Assembly (NCBI GenBank): GCA_050015075.1
Contig: JBEKCB010000010.1
Location: 65,096-129,095 of the forward strand
Direction: 5' to 3'
DNA length: 64,000 nucleotides
Source of the DNA: Candidatus Brocadiia bacterium
GTDB lineage: Bacteria; Planctomycetota; Brocadiia; CAIUPP01
Below the pieces are notes generated by a model. That model did not search any database and was not told where the DNA came from. It worked only from the letters and a program-made list of their open reading frames with translations. Positions within the stretch are counted from its first letter, which is position 1. The number at the start of each line of letters is the position of its first letter. This document shows, piece after piece, positions 37,599 to 47,329 of this stretch. The position numbers and the translations under genes were made by a program.

Positions 37599-38398
37599 CG
37601 GACCTCCTTCAGCAGCCGGCGCAAATTGTCGCCGGCGATCTTGCGCTTCGCCGGTTCGTCCAGCCGAGGCTCGTACTGCACGTTGGAGACGTATATCCCC
37701 GGATCGGCGAACGGCGCGCCCGTGGAGAAGAGGATGCGCTCGGGGCCTGCCTCGACGGCGACCTCGCGCCAGAATTCGAGGATTCCGGCGATATCCAGGT
37801 ACAAGTTCGGCACGCGCCGGACCAGGGGAACGACCGCAGGATGCACGCCCAGCCCGCCGAATAACTGCGACAGAATCATCGGGAGCTCCGGATGGGCGAG
37901 GGCGATCTCGCGCACGCCGTTCACATCGCCGTCCGATACTTCTCCCGACGTGCTGATGTCTCCGAAGTCGAGGAAGCAGGGGATGCGGTGCTCCTCCAGC
38001 GCCGCGCAGAGATCCTCCCACAGCCACAGGAGCGGAGGCGCGGCCTTCATGGGCAGCCGGGCGGCGCGGACCCCGGCATCGAGCATCGTCGCCACCAGCG
38101 CGCGGGCGGCGTCCGGGCCGGGCGATTTGGGCGGCTCGATGACCCAGACCGGGTGCAGACGCGGCTGCCCCGCGACGGCCTCGAGCAAGCGGCGGTTGGC
38201 GCGTTCGCGCGGATGGATCAACCGCGCGTCGTGCTCGTGCACCAGCGCCTCGGCGATGTGATAGCGGTCCATGAGTTCCAGGGCCTGGTCCACGGTCAGG
38301 CCCGGGGAATACGCCGAATGGACCAACCGTCCGAGCGTCATGCAACTGTCGAACAGCCGGAGCGTATCCAGCCCCGGCATGGCTTTAGAGGCGCGCAT
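37595..38398 (-). CDS. Amidohydrolase-fold protein, metal ligands degenerate
   Basis: FDSCMTLG in place of DxHxH; FSTGAP in place of FGSDxP; IAGDNLRRLL tail. Confidence 0.75.
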   Translation of the reverse strand: MRASKAMPGLDTLRLFDSCMTLGRLVHSAYSPGLTVDQALELMDRYHIAEALVHEHDARLIHPRERANRRLLEAVAGQPRLHPVWVIEPPKSPGPDAARALVATMLDAGVRAARLPMKAAPPLLWLWEDLCAALEEHRIPCFLDFGDISTSGEVSDGDVNGVREIALAHPELPMILSQLFGGLGVHPAVVPLVRRVPNLYLDIAGILEFWREVAVEAGPERILFSTGAPFADPGIYVSNVQYEPRLDEPAKRKIAGDNLRRLLKEVR

Positions 38399-38413
38399 AT
38401 ATACTCCCGCGTT

Positions 38414-39331
38414 TCAGGAAAGGCGCTTCTCCCATTCCATCACAAGGTGGCGTCGCCGGAAACCCGCCCGCTCGTACGCCTTGAGCGCGGGCAGATTATC
38501 CACGTTCGTCGTGACGAGAATCTCGGCCGCGCCCCATTCACTCAGGCGCTTGACGCTGCGCTGGGTCAGCGCGGTGGCCAGCCCTTTATTGCGGTGGAGT
38601 TCGTCCGTCTCCACGTGCCCGATCTGGCCGACGGGGCCGCCCGAGGAGCAAAGCAGGCGCGGGTAAAGCCGCGCGCCGCAGGTGGCGACCTCTTTTCCGC
38701 CGCATAGGGCGGCATAGCGGAAGGATCGCGCCTGGAATTCGGCCGCCGCTTCGGCCTCCACCACCTGGTATTCCTGCGGGATGTCGCGCACGCCGGTCGC
38801 AGAACCCGCCGCCGCGACGAGGATGACCTCGGGGCTGCTGATGCGGAACCCGGCCTGGACGAAGAGGTCCGTCCCGTCAATGCCGCGGTCGGAATGGTAC
38901 GGCTCCTGGCCGCAGATGTAGCCTCCGTAGAATATCCCGGACGAAGCCGTCGGGCCGCGGAGCCATTCGGCGCCCGCCGCGCGCGCCCGCGCTTCCGCCT
39001 CCTCGACAAGGCGCATCCCGTCGGCGACGGCGCCCGGGACCATCGCCAGGAGATGGATCTGGTACGTCGTCTTGTTCGTCTCGCCATGAATGAAGGCCGT
39101 CGGCTTGCCCTGCCGATAGATCAGGGCCATTTCCTCCGGTTGGTACCGGCGGCCGAGGGTCTTCCAATGCGCGACCAGTTCCACGGTCACCGGCTTGGAA
39201 TAGGGCCAATCCGCGATATAGGCGTTGATGACCCGCATGGCATCCGGTTCCGTCTCAGGGCCGAACGCCCGGCGCTCGGAGTGGTCGCCCGCAGAGAATT
39301 GAGGAGCGGCTTTTGCAGCAGGCCGAGCCAT
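38414..39331 (-). CDS. GNAT acetyltransferase (tandem domains likely)
   Basis: HRNKGLA acetyl-CoA motif; NLPALKAYERAGF. Confidence 0.85.
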   Translation of the reverse strand: MARPAAKAAPQFSAGDHSERRAFGPETEPDAMRVINAYIADWPYSKPVTVELVAHWKTLGRRYQPEEMALIYRQGKPTAFIHGETNKTTYQIHLLAMVPGAVADGMRLVEEAEARARAAGAEWLRGPTASSGIFYGGYICGQEPYHSDRGIDGTDLFVQAGFRISSPEVILVAAAGSATGVRDIPQEYQVVEAEAAAEFQARSFRYAALCGGKEVATCGARLYPRLLCSSGGPVGQIGHVETDELHRNKGLATALTQRSVKRLSEWGAAEILVTTNVDNLPALKAYERAGFRRRHLVMEWEKRLS

Positions 39332-39344
39332 CGCACCGTACCCT

Positions 39345-40409
39345 CTACCGAAATGCGTTGAACGGCTTCGTCGCTTGTCCGGTGCGGACCGACTCCCACG
39401 CGGCGACGCCGACGGCGACCGCTTTGGCGCCGTCGAGCACACCGGGCGAAGGCTGGCGGTCGGTGTCCAGGCAGTCCTGAAAGTGGCGCATGTAGCGGAT
39501 GACCGTTGCGCCATGTCCATAGGCGCTCAGGTCGCGCTCCGGCTCGAAGAGGGAGACCATCGGCTTGTGGCCCTGCAGCTTGTCCAGCACGATGCGAATC
39601 TGCCCCGGCTGGTTGTCGGTGAACTCGGCCTGCAGGCTTCCTTTCGTGCCGTAGATGCCGAACTGCATCATCGGCGTGGGCGGGTGGACAATCCCGTAAA
39701 GGCCGGAGACGCGCCCGATGACGCCGGAGGCGAACCGCAGGTTGATGAAGAAGTTGTCCGCCAGCGGATAGGCTTTCGTCAGGTTTCCCTTGCGCGCATT
39801 GGCGTGGACGGCGGCCACGTCGCCGCCGAACGCACGCAGCACGTCAATGGAATGGACGCAGCCGCCGAACATCAGGTCCTGCGGCGCGGTCAGCCGCCAG
39901 GGCGTGGCGCTGAACACCGGGCGCATGTCGTGAACGTAGTAGCTCTCCAGCGCGATCAACTCGCCCAGGTCGCCGTCCGCAAAGAGCCGCTGGGCCGCCT
40001 GGAACTGCCGGTCGAAGCGCATGGTCTGGCCGACGAGGAATTTCCGTTTTGTCCGGCGGACAAGCGAGACCAGCCGCTTCGCGTCTTCGAGCGTGGTGAC
40101 CATGGGCTTGGTGCAGACCACGTGTTTGCCGGCCTCGAGCGCTGCGGCGCAGTGCTCGGCGTGGAGGTGGTCGGGCGAATAGACCGCCACCGCGTCCACG
40201 TCCTTGCGCGCGACCAGTTCCCGGTAGTCGGTGGTGCAGAAGGGAATCTTGAACGCGCGCGCGCATTCCTCGGCGGCCTGGCGCGGAAGGGCGCACATGG
40301 CGGTCAGGCGATAGCGCAGGTCCGGCTCGTGCTCCAGCAGCGTCAACGTCGAGGCCATGTTGTGCAGGCCCATGCCGATCACGCCGAGATTGATGGTCGC
40401 GCGACCCAT
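39345..40409 (-). CDS. Gfo/Idh/MocA family oxidoreductase
   Basis: GVIGMG, SPDHLH, GKHVVCTKP and CVHSID motifs. Confidence 0.9.
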   Translation of the reverse strand: MGRATINLGVIGMGLHNMASTLTLLEHEPDLRYRLTAMCALPRQAAEECARAFKIPFCTTDYRELVARKDVDAVAVYSPDHLHAEHCAAALEAGKHVVCTKPMVTTLEDAKRLVSLVRRTKRKFLVGQTMRFDRQFQAAQRLFADGDLGELIALESYYVHDMRPVFSATPWRLTAPQDLMFGGCVHSIDVLRAFGGDVAAVHANARKGNLTKAYPLADNFFINLRFASGVIGRVSGLYGIVHPPTPMMQFGIYGTKGSLQAEFTDNQPGQIRIVLDKLQGHKPMVSLFEPERDLSAYGHGATVIRYMRHFQDCLDTDRQPSPGVLDGAKAVAVGVAAWESVRTGQATKPFNAFR

Positions 40410-40421
40410 GTCGGCTGTCTC

Positions 40422-41792
40422 TCAAGTCAACGAGTGGTAGGCGAATTTCCTCGGACCCGCGTGCGACAGCTTGTAGGGGAACCGGTCCCGAAGGCCTTCC
40501 ATTATACTGAGCATCCCATGCTCGTCGAAGTGGCCGTACCCCGTCCGGTCGAAAAGGGCAATGACCTCGATCGGCTCCATGTGCCCGTTGTCCTTCACCG
40601 CCTTGAGCACCTTCTTCTCAAGGCCGGAATATTCCAGCGGTTTGACCTTGCCGCTCTCCGCCAGCTTGATCGCGCGAGCCAGGATTTTCGCCTGCGCGCG
40701 CATCTCGGCGACCGGGCGCATATTGTTGGTGGTCACCAGGCGCGGGATCATGTCCTCGGACACCGGACAGAGCCCGGGTTTCCACTCGACCTTGCCCTTG
40801 TACATCTGACAGGTATAAGGACAGCCCTTGTTGTTGTAGGCGTTCGGATTGCGGAAGATGTTATAGAGATAGGCGGGCCGCTGGATGAACCCGATGCCGA
40901 ACCCGCCGCCGGCCTGGCGCAGCGCGGCCTGGAAGACGGGCGAGGAGATGTTCCGGCGCTCGCCGCGGAAGATGCAGGACCAGAAATACGGCGCCACGAC
41001 CGCGCCGGGAAGCTCGCGGCGCGCGTCGAGCCACTCGCATTCGTCCACGACCGCGTCCATGAGCTTGCGGCCTTCGCGGTACACCTTCAGATAGCCGGGC
41101 ACCTTTTTGAGTTGCTCGACGCCCACGGCTGCCTGGAACTCGGTCATGCGGTAGTTCGACGAAAGCACTTCGGGGCTTTCGCCGAAGATGATCCGCTTGT
41201 TCAGTTCGTCCGCCAGCTTGTCGTCGTTGAGGATGGCCATGCCGCCCTCGCCGGTGGCCAGTTGCTTACCCATGTTGAACGAGAACGTGCCGACCTGCCC
41301 CCAGTTGCCCACGTACTTGCCCTTGTACGAGGCGAACATGGCGTGGGCGCAGTCCTCGAGCAGATAGATGCCGTGCTTGTCGGCGATGCGGCGCAGCGTC
41401 TGCACGTCGGCGGGAAAGCCCCACAGGTGCGTCACCCAGATGGCCTTGGTCCGCTTGGTGATCCGCTTCTCGACGGACTTCGGGTCCAGAAGGAAATCAT
41501 TCGGCTGCACGTCCGCCCAGACCGGGACAATGTTGTTGAACAGGCAGGCGATTCCGTGGAACTGGACGATGGGGTCGCAGATGATCTCGTCGCCCGGCCC
41601 GGCGCCGATGGCGGCCGGAATCGCCTGCATCAGCAGCATCGCGGTGGCGCTGGTGACGGCGTGCTTGGCGTGGAAGGCGCGAGCGAAGTCGTGGCGGAAC
41701 TGATCCATGAACCCGCCGCGCTTGTCGCAGAAGACGCCGCTCCGGATGACCTGGGTCAGGTTGCGGATTTCAGCTTGTCCGAACGTAGGCAT
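40422..41792 (-). CDS. DegT/DnrJ/EryC1/StrS sugar aminotransferase with C-terminal extension
   Basis: GPGDE, HLWG, EDCAHA, FSFNMGKQLATGEGG (catalytic Lys) and NYRMTE motifs. Confidence 0.9.
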   Translation of the reverse strand: MPTFGQAEIRNLTQVIRSGVFCDKRGGFMDQFRHDFARAFHAKHAVTSATAMLLMQAIPAAIGAGPGDEIICDPIVQFHGIACLFNNIVPVWADVQPNDFLLDPKSVEKRITKRTKAIWVTHLWGFPADVQTLRRIADKHGIYLLEDCAHAMFASYKGKYVGNWGQVGTFSFNMGKQLATGEGGMAILNDDKLADELNKRIIFGESPEVLSSNYRMTEFQAAVGVEQLKKVPGYLKVYREGRKLMDAVVDECEWLDARRELPGAVVAPYFWSCIFRGERRNISSPVFQAALRQAGGGFGIGFIQRPAYLYNIFRNPNAYNNKGCPYTCQMYKGKVEWKPGLCPVSEDMIPRLVTTNNMRPVAEMRAQAKILARAIKLAESGKVKPLEYSGLEKKVLKAVKDNGHMEPIEVIALFDRTGYGHFDEHGMLSIMEGLRDRFPYKLSHAGPRKFAYHSLT

Positions 41793-41804
41793 CGTTCGTC
41801 CCTT

Positions 41805-42212
41805 TCAGAAAGCCCGATTCAGATGTCCCGGACGCGCCCCGGCGCGCGCCGTTCCCTGCCACTCGAAACAGCCCCAATCCTCCAGCGGCTGGTGACCATG
41901 CTCTACGCCCCGGACGCAATAGACGATCCAGCCGGGGCCGATCTCGAACTCCTCCTGCCGCGCGTCCGGCAGCCGGATCGTCAGTTGCGTGCGGCCCTTC
42001 GTCCATCCCCAGTACTCATCGAAATCGTGATAGTGCAACTCCGTGGACCGCTCCCGGGCGAGAAGCCAGTGGTGGAAACTGCCCGGCAGGACCGGATCGA
42101 GCAACCCGGCCACCTGCGGCGATAACTTCTCTCCCGCGGAGTGGTTCACGGCGAACATCCGCGGGGTCAGTCCCGGGCAAAGGTCCGCTGTCAAGCTGGC
42201 AATCCGGGCCAT
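41805..42212 (-). CDS. Cupin domain protein
   Basis: HYHDFDEYW and GVEH metal motifs. Confidence 0.8.
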   Translation of the reverse strand: MARIASLTADLCPGLTPRMFAVNHSAGEKLSPQVAGLLDPVLPGSFHHWLLARERSTELHYHDFDEYWGWTKGRTQLTIRLPDARQEEFEIGPGWIVYCVRGVEHGHQPLEDWGCFEWQGTARAGARPGHLNRAF

Positions 42213-42254
42213 GAGGTTCCATTCTTCCGTGCTCGCGCGTCGTTACGCGACGCG

Positions 42255-43025
42255 CTAACTGCAAAGCTCCCGCTGGATGTAGTCGAAGCTGATCTTCAAA
42301 GAATCGAACGGGTCGCCCGGGCAGGTGTCCTGTTCGACGATGAACCACTCGCAGCCGTTCTTCTCCGCCGCCGGGATGATTTTTTTCCAATTCAAATTGC
42401 CGTTCCCGATCTCGCAATACATGGGCTGGTTGCTGGCGTTCACTCCAAAGTCCTTCATGTGGAGGAGCGGAAGGCGATTCTTCAATTTCTGGCACCACTC
42501 CAGCGGACTGCCTCCGCCGTACTGCACCCAGTATGTATCGGGTTCACCTTTGAGATACCGCGGGTCGGTTTCGGCGTAAATGATCTCGAGGATGGTTCGC
42601 CCGTCCAGGCGCCGGAACTCGATCGCGTGGTTATGATAGCTGAGGACCAGTCCCGCATCGTGCAGCACCTTGCCCGAGGCATTCAGTTTCGCCGCGAACT
42701 CTTTCACGGTCGCCAGGGTGTCAAACTTTATTCCGCCCGGATAGGGGTATGCCGTGTGGCGGCACTTCAGCTTGCGCAGGGTGTCCACGATGCGTTGCGG
42801 TTCCTGGAGTATCCGCTCGCCCGGTTCGTGCGTCGCGCAGCACGTCAGCCCCTCGCCGTCGAGGATGCGGAGCAGTTCCTCCTCGGCGATGGGTCCCATG
42901 CCGCTGACCTGCACCGCCTGGTAACCGATCTTGCGGACCCGCTTCATCGAAGCGGCGATCTCCGGCGGGGTCTTGATGAAATCGCGCACCGTGTACAACT
43001 GCGCGGCAACACGCTCGATCTTCAC
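42255..43025 (-). CDS. Sugar phosphate isomerase/epimerase (xylose-isomerase-like TIM barrel)
   Basis: QLYTVR, YHNHAIEF, DTYW, LHMKD and IVEQD motifs. Confidence 0.9.
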   Translation of the reverse strand: MKIERVAAQLYTVRDFIKTPPEIAASMKRVRKIGYQAVQVSGMGPIAEEELLRILDGEGLTCCATHEPGERILQEPQRIVDTLRKLKCRHTAYPYPGGIKFDTLATVKEFAAKLNASGKVLHDAGLVLSYHNHAIEFRRLDGRTILEIIYAETDPRYLKGEPDTYWVQYGGGSPLEWCQKLKNRLPLLHMKDFGVNASNQPMYCEIGNGNLNWKKIIPAAEKNGCEWFIVEQDTCPGDPFDSLKISFDYIQRELCS

Positions 43026-43163
43026 AGGAAGCCTCCTCTCGCTAAAACCGGAATAGTCCAGCGTGGCGCTCGACAGAAAGCACGCCTGGCGCCGCGAACG
43101 CCCGCGCCGGAAAGGTAAGCATAGCGACTCCAGCTTCCCATCGCAAGGCTGCTGACCCGCGCG

Positions 43164-43574
43164 TCATCCCCGTTTGTAGACGCCGGCGGCTCGCTTCTCT
43201 TCCGCCTTCTTGGAAATGGTCGTGTCGCAGGAGAAGGGCAGGCCTACTTTGCGAGTCAGCTCTTTGAGATAGGCCAGGTGCGGGCAGGGCGGCCCATGGT
43301 AGTTGTCGGTGCTGATGCAACTGGCCAGCTTGACCAATATCTCTTCAGGCTCGATGTTGTCAAATTGCTTGGCTTTTTTCTTGAGCAGGACCAGTTTCCG
43401 GTGCAGCGCTCTGCCGCAGCAACCGCCGCAGGTGAAGGATATTTTCCTCGCGCCGTCGGCGAGGCTGAGTCCCTCGAACCCTCCTGTCCGGTTCACGAAT
43501 GCCCGGTCGCACATGTACCCGGGGCATCGCTGATGGACCAGATGACACTGGACAATGGCCACCAGCTTCGTCAT
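43164..43574 (-). CDS. CGGC domain protein (putative metal/Fe-S binding)
   Basis: CPGYMC, CGGCCG, LASC and PCPH motifs. Confidence 0.88.
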   Translation of the reverse strand: MTKLVAIVQCHLVHQRCPGYMCDRAFVNRTGGFEGLSLADGARKISFTCGGCCGRALHRKLVLLKKKAKQFDNIEPEEILVKLASCISTDNYHGPPCPHLAYLKELTRKVGLPFSCDTTISKKAEEKRAAGVYKRG

Positions 43575-43619
43575 TGAACAGGCCTCCTCATCATAGTCAG
43601 CGCCTGCCGGACTCGATTC

Positions 43620-44564
43620 TCACTGCGCGCGTTTGGAACGGTTCGAGGCGATCAGTTTTTCAGTCTCGGCGAGCGACGGGATCCCGGCCCGCCCGCCGAG
43701 CTTGCGGCACTTGAGGGCGGCGACGGCCGAGGCGAACTCGGCGGTCTTCCGCAGGTCCATTCCCTTCGCCATGCCGAAGGCGAACGCGCCGTGGAATACG
43801 TCGCCGCAGCCGGTGGTGTCCACGACGGGAACCTGGAAGGCGGGCTGGTGGAATTCCTCGTCGCGCGTGACGAAGTGGCTGCCCTTCGAGCCGGCGGTGA
43901 CGGCCACGACTTTGTCCGGGTCATGCGCGGAGAGTTTCTTGAAGAGCCGCCGCGCCGCCTCGGCCGGTTCGCAGTCGCCGACGCGGCTCCGGGCGAAGCC
44001 CAGGCTGGCGACGACGTGCGTGGCGATGTCGGCCAGTTCGTCGCTGCCGGCGTCGGTCAGCTCTGCATCCATTAGGATCGGCCGCTGAGCCTCGCGGCCC
44101 CACCGCGCGGCCTGTATCGCCGCCTTGAGCTGGAACCCGTCCACGAAGATCACCTTGCCGGCTAGCACCTCGTCGCGGTCCATCTCGCCCGGCTCCAGCA
44201 GCGGCGCGTCGTCGGTGCAATAGAAGAGCGTCCGGAAACCCTTGGCCGGGTTGATCAGGCCGATGGCGCGGATGCAGGACATCCTCGGCATGATGCGGAC
44301 GCAGTTGGTGTCCACGCCTTCGCGCTTGAATTCCCGGATGACGAACTGCGCGTGGTCGTCGTCGCCGACCTTGCCGATGTACCGGGCCGTGCCGCCGAGG
44401 CGCGCGACCGCGACGAGGCCGGTGGCCACGAGCCCGCCGCCCTGGCGCGTGATGCCCGTGACCTGCATCTTCTGGTCTTCCTCGATCGGCCCTTCGTAGA
44501 TGCCGAGCGTATCCACCGCGCAGCAGCCCATGCCGACCACGTCGAATTTTCCCTGAAAACTCAT
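43620..44564 (-). CDS. PfkB family carbohydrate kinase
   Basis: GGG, VGDD and DTTGCGDVFHGAF motifs. Confidence 0.92.
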   Translation of the reverse strand: MSFQGKFDVVGMGCCAVDTLGIYEGPIEEDQKMQVTGITRQGGGLVATGLVAVARLGGTARYIGKVGDDDHAQFVIREFKREGVDTNCVRIMPRMSCIRAIGLINPAKGFRTLFYCTDDAPLLEPGEMDRDEVLAGKVIFVDGFQLKAAIQAARWGREAQRPILMDAELTDAGSDELADIATHVVASLGFARSRVGDCEPAEAARRLFKKLSAHDPDKVVAVTAGSKGSHFVTRDEEFHQPAFQVPVVDTTGCGDVFHGAFAFGMAKGMDLRKTAEFASAVAALKCRKLGGRAGIPSLAETEKLIASNRSKRAQ

Positions 44565-45802
44565 TCTTTCCCGGTGTTCTTTGTGCCTTGGTGGTGAACT
44601 TCGCCCACAATAGGGTCATTGTGAAAATAGGGAGGCTCCAGGTCAATGGCGACGGTCGCGCGCGGGAATTTCGCCCGGATTCTGCCCGCCACTTCGTCGC
44701 GGAACGACTCGAAGGGAATGTCCTTCGCGCCCGGCGCCGGCGCGATGTCGAAGACCACCTTGAAGCGGTTCCTGCCGCCGACCAGCCGCAAGTCGTGGAA
44801 CGAGACGATCTTCTTCTCCGCCGCGACCGCCTCGGTCACGATGCGGTGGACCTCGTCGTAGTGCTCGTGGGCCGTGTTCAGCGGATCCACGTGGACGATT
44901 GCATGGCCGGGGAAAGCCCGCCGGACCTTCGTCTCGATCTCCTCGCTCATGTCGTGGAGGTGCATGACGTTCTCGGTGGCGCTGACCTCGATGTGCAGCG
45001 AGATGATGTCCATCCCGCCGTACCGGTTCACGAGCACGTCGTGGACGCCGAGGACGCCGGGCACGGCGCGGGCGATCCGCTCGATCTCCTCGTACATATC
45101 CTCCGGCGCGCGTTCGCCGAGCAGCGGGCTCATCGCGCCGGCCAGCGTCTCGTACGCGCACCAGCCGATCAAAACGGCCACGCCGATGCCCGCCACACCG
45201 TCAATCAAGGTGATTTTCCAGCGCGCCGCGATGAGCGCCACGATGACCAGCCCGGTCGCCAGGACGTCGCTGCGGTGGTGCAGCCCATCCGCGACGAGCG
45301 CCTGCGACTTGATGAGCTTGCCCAGGTCCATCGAGAACCGGGCCTGGAATTCCTTCAGCGCGACCGTGCCGATGAGCGAGGCGATCACCCAGGTTTCCGC
45401 GTGCACCGGCGTCGGGTTCTTTTCGATCAACCGCTCCACGGCGTACTGCGTCATCTCGACAGCCGCCACGGCGAGCAGCACGCCGATGACCACCGCGGCG
45501 AGGCCTTCCATCCGTCCATGGCCGAACGGGTGCCGTTCGTCCGCGGGCCGGTCGGACATGCGGAAGCCGAAGATGACTACGACCGAGGTGAGCGAGTCGG
45601 AGAGTGTGTGGACGGCGTCCGCCAGCAGCGACACGCTTCCGGTCATCAGGCCCAGGATTCCCTTGAACACAGCGAGCGCGGCGTTAAGGACGACGCTCGA
45701 CCAGCCCTCGAGCAGCCCTGCGCGCATCCGCACGGCGGGGCTCTCCATCGGCTCGCCCGTCGGCGCGAAACCCGAAAGAATCCAGCGCGACACCCGCATC
45801 AT
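44561..45802 (-). CDS. Cation diffusion facilitator with duplicated C-terminal domain
   Basis: ADAVHTLSD, HPFGHGRME and HHRSD motifs; two metal-binding-type C-terminal domains. Confidence 0.92.
   Translation of the reverse strand: MMRVSRWILSGFAPTGEPMESPAVRMRAGLLEGWSSVVLNAALAVFKGILGLMTGSVSLLADAVHTLSDSLTSVVVIFGFRMSDRPADERHPFGHGRMEGLAAVVIGVLLAVAAVEMTQYAVERLIEKNPTPVHAETWVIASLIGTVALKEFQARFSMDLGKLIKSQALVADGLHHRSDVLATGLVIVALIAARWKITLIDGVAGIGVAVLIGWCAYETLAGAMSPLLGERAPEDMYEEIERIARAVPGVLGVHDVLVNRYGGMDIISLHIEVSATENVMHLHDMSEEIETKVRRAFPGHAIVHVDPLNTAHEHYDEVHRIVTEAVAAEKKIVSFHDLRLVGGRNRFKVVFDIAPAPGAKDIPFESFRDEVAGRIRAKFPRATVAIDLEPPYFHNDPIVGEVHHQGTKNTGKE
44574..44598. repeat. Half-copy related to the 13213-13295 REP-like element
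   Basis: CTTTGTGCCTTGGTGGTGAA compared with CTTCGTGCCCTTCGTGGTGAA. Confidence 0.45.
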
Positions 45803-45843
45803 CGAAGTTTTCCTCTGTGAGGCATGTCCGGAACAGTTGCCGG

Positions 45844-46968
45844 CTACCGCGCTCCGCCTCCGCCCTTCAGCCAGCGTTGGACTGCGGCGACGACCGGGCC
45901 GGCCTCGATCGCCTGCATGCAGGACGGGTTGCGGGCGCATTCGGCGCGATAGCACGGCGCGCAGTGCGCCGAGGCGGTAATCACCTCGCCGCGCCCGTAC
46001 AGTTCGATCTCCTGCGCGCAGGTCGGGCCGAAGAGCGCGACGACGGGCCGCTTCTCCGCGATGGCCAGGTGCATGCCGAGCGAGTCGCCGGTGACCACCA
46101 CCGCGCACCGCGCCAGCAGCGCCCGGAACTGGCGGATGGTGTTGCGCGTCCCGGCGCTAAGCACGTTCGGGCGGCCCGCGGCGAGGATCTGCTCGATCGT
46201 CACGCGCTCGCGTTCCGCGCCGAAGAGCAGCACCCTGCACGGCAGTGCCTTCAGGAGCGCGTCGAGGAACGCCCCGGCGCAGCGGGCGTTCCACATCTTA
46301 TTCGCAAAGGCGCTGCCGCCGCCCAGGTTCAGCCCGATGACGACCTCGAGCGGCGCCATCTTCCATTGCTCGAAGAGCGCCTCGGCGTGGCGGCGGTCGC
46401 GATCGTCAATCTCGATCGCGTACTCTTCCTTCGCGTACGGCAGCTTGATCGCCTCGAAGAGGACTTCCTGGTACGTCTTCTGATTGCGCTTGAACTTCAA
46501 ATCGTCGTCGAGGCCGAGCTGAAAGGCGTATTCGGCCTCGGGGTTCAGCGGGAAAACCGTGCCGAACTCGCTCAGGCCGAAGCCAAGCTTCTCCGGCGCG
46601 TTCGACCACATCGCCGCGGCCGTCGCGCGCGGCGTCTTGTCGAGGCTGAGCACGAGGTCGAACCGCTGCACCCGCAGCGGCTCGAGCGACTCCGGCTGAT
46701 ACGGCAGCAGCACGTCAATCAGCGGGTTGCCGCGCAGCATCTCCTCGGCCGCCGGATGCACCAGCCATGTGATGTGGCAGGGATCGTATTTCGCGTGGAG
46801 CGGGCGGAGGATCGTGGTCGTGCGCGCCACGTCGCCGATCGCGTCGAGCTTGACGACGAGGATGCGCTTTCCCATCGGCGCATAGTGGGCGCAGCCTTCG
46901 CAACTGCACGCGAAGCGGCAGGGCTTGTCACCCCGAAAGTTCCGGCAATCGAGTTTCAGTTTCATCAT
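45844..46968 (-). CDS. Glycosyltransferase family 9 (heptosyltransferase-like) with Cys-rich termini
   Basis: AIGDV, DSLGMHLA, LFGPT and CAPC..C..C motifs. Confidence 0.9.
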   Translation of the reverse strand: MMKLKLDCRNFRGDKPCRFACSCEGCAHYAPMGKRILVVKLDAIGDVARTTTILRPLHAKYDPCHITWLVHPAAEEMLRGNPLIDVLLPYQPESLEPLRVQRFDLVLSLDKTPRATAAAMWSNAPEKLGFGLSEFGTVFPLNPEAEYAFQLGLDDDLKFKRNQKTYQEVLFEAIKLPYAKEEYAIEIDDRDRRHAEALFEQWKMAPLEVVIGLNLGGGSAFANKMWNARCAGAFLDALLKALPCRVLLFGAERERVTIEQILAAGRPNVLSAGTRNTIRQFRALLARCAVVVTGDSLGMHLAIAEKRPVVALFGPTCAQEIELYGRGEVITASAHCAPCYRAECARNPSCMQAIEAGPVVAAVQRWLKGGGGAR

Positions 46969-47018
46969 TTTCTCCAGGCAGGACCCAGTTCTTACGACTC
47001 GGACGAAGGCGGAATGAA

Positions 47019-47101
47019 TGCCGGAGGTGGGAGTCGAACCCACATGAGCGTAAGCCCACGGGTTTTTGAAACCCGCGCGTCTGCCATTCCGCCACTCCGG
47101 C
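47019..47101 (-). tRNA. tRNA-Leu(CAA)
   Basis: GCCGGAG acceptor stem, anticodon loop TT-CAA-AA, long variable arm, GTTCGACT T-loop; CCA not encoded. Confidence 0.95.
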
Positions 47102-47154
47102 AGCGAATCAGACCGCTCTTGCGCAAAGCCGCAGAGGCGGATTGCGCCAGGAGG

Positions 47155-47183
47155 ATTATAGTCGGCCCCGCCGCGGGAATCAA
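47155..47183 (-). promoter_or_regulatory. Sigma-70 promoter for tRNA-Leu
   Basis: TTGATT-N17-TATAAT. Confidence 0.7.
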
Positions 47184-47329
47184 CGAACGCGCGCGTCGCG
47201 CCGGGCCTTAGTTTCCGTTCGGGCGCTCGCGCGAATTTAAATTGACGCTCCATCCGCGATGCGGTAATATCAATGCTGCCGCTTCCTGCGTCATTAAGGT
47301 CCTCACTCTTCATTCAGTAACGGAAGCCG

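Noticed and set aside
45844-47313. GT9 ORF extended through tRNA-Leu
   Set aside because: The extension is a chance open frame across the tRNA; a GGAG RBS supports the start at 46968.
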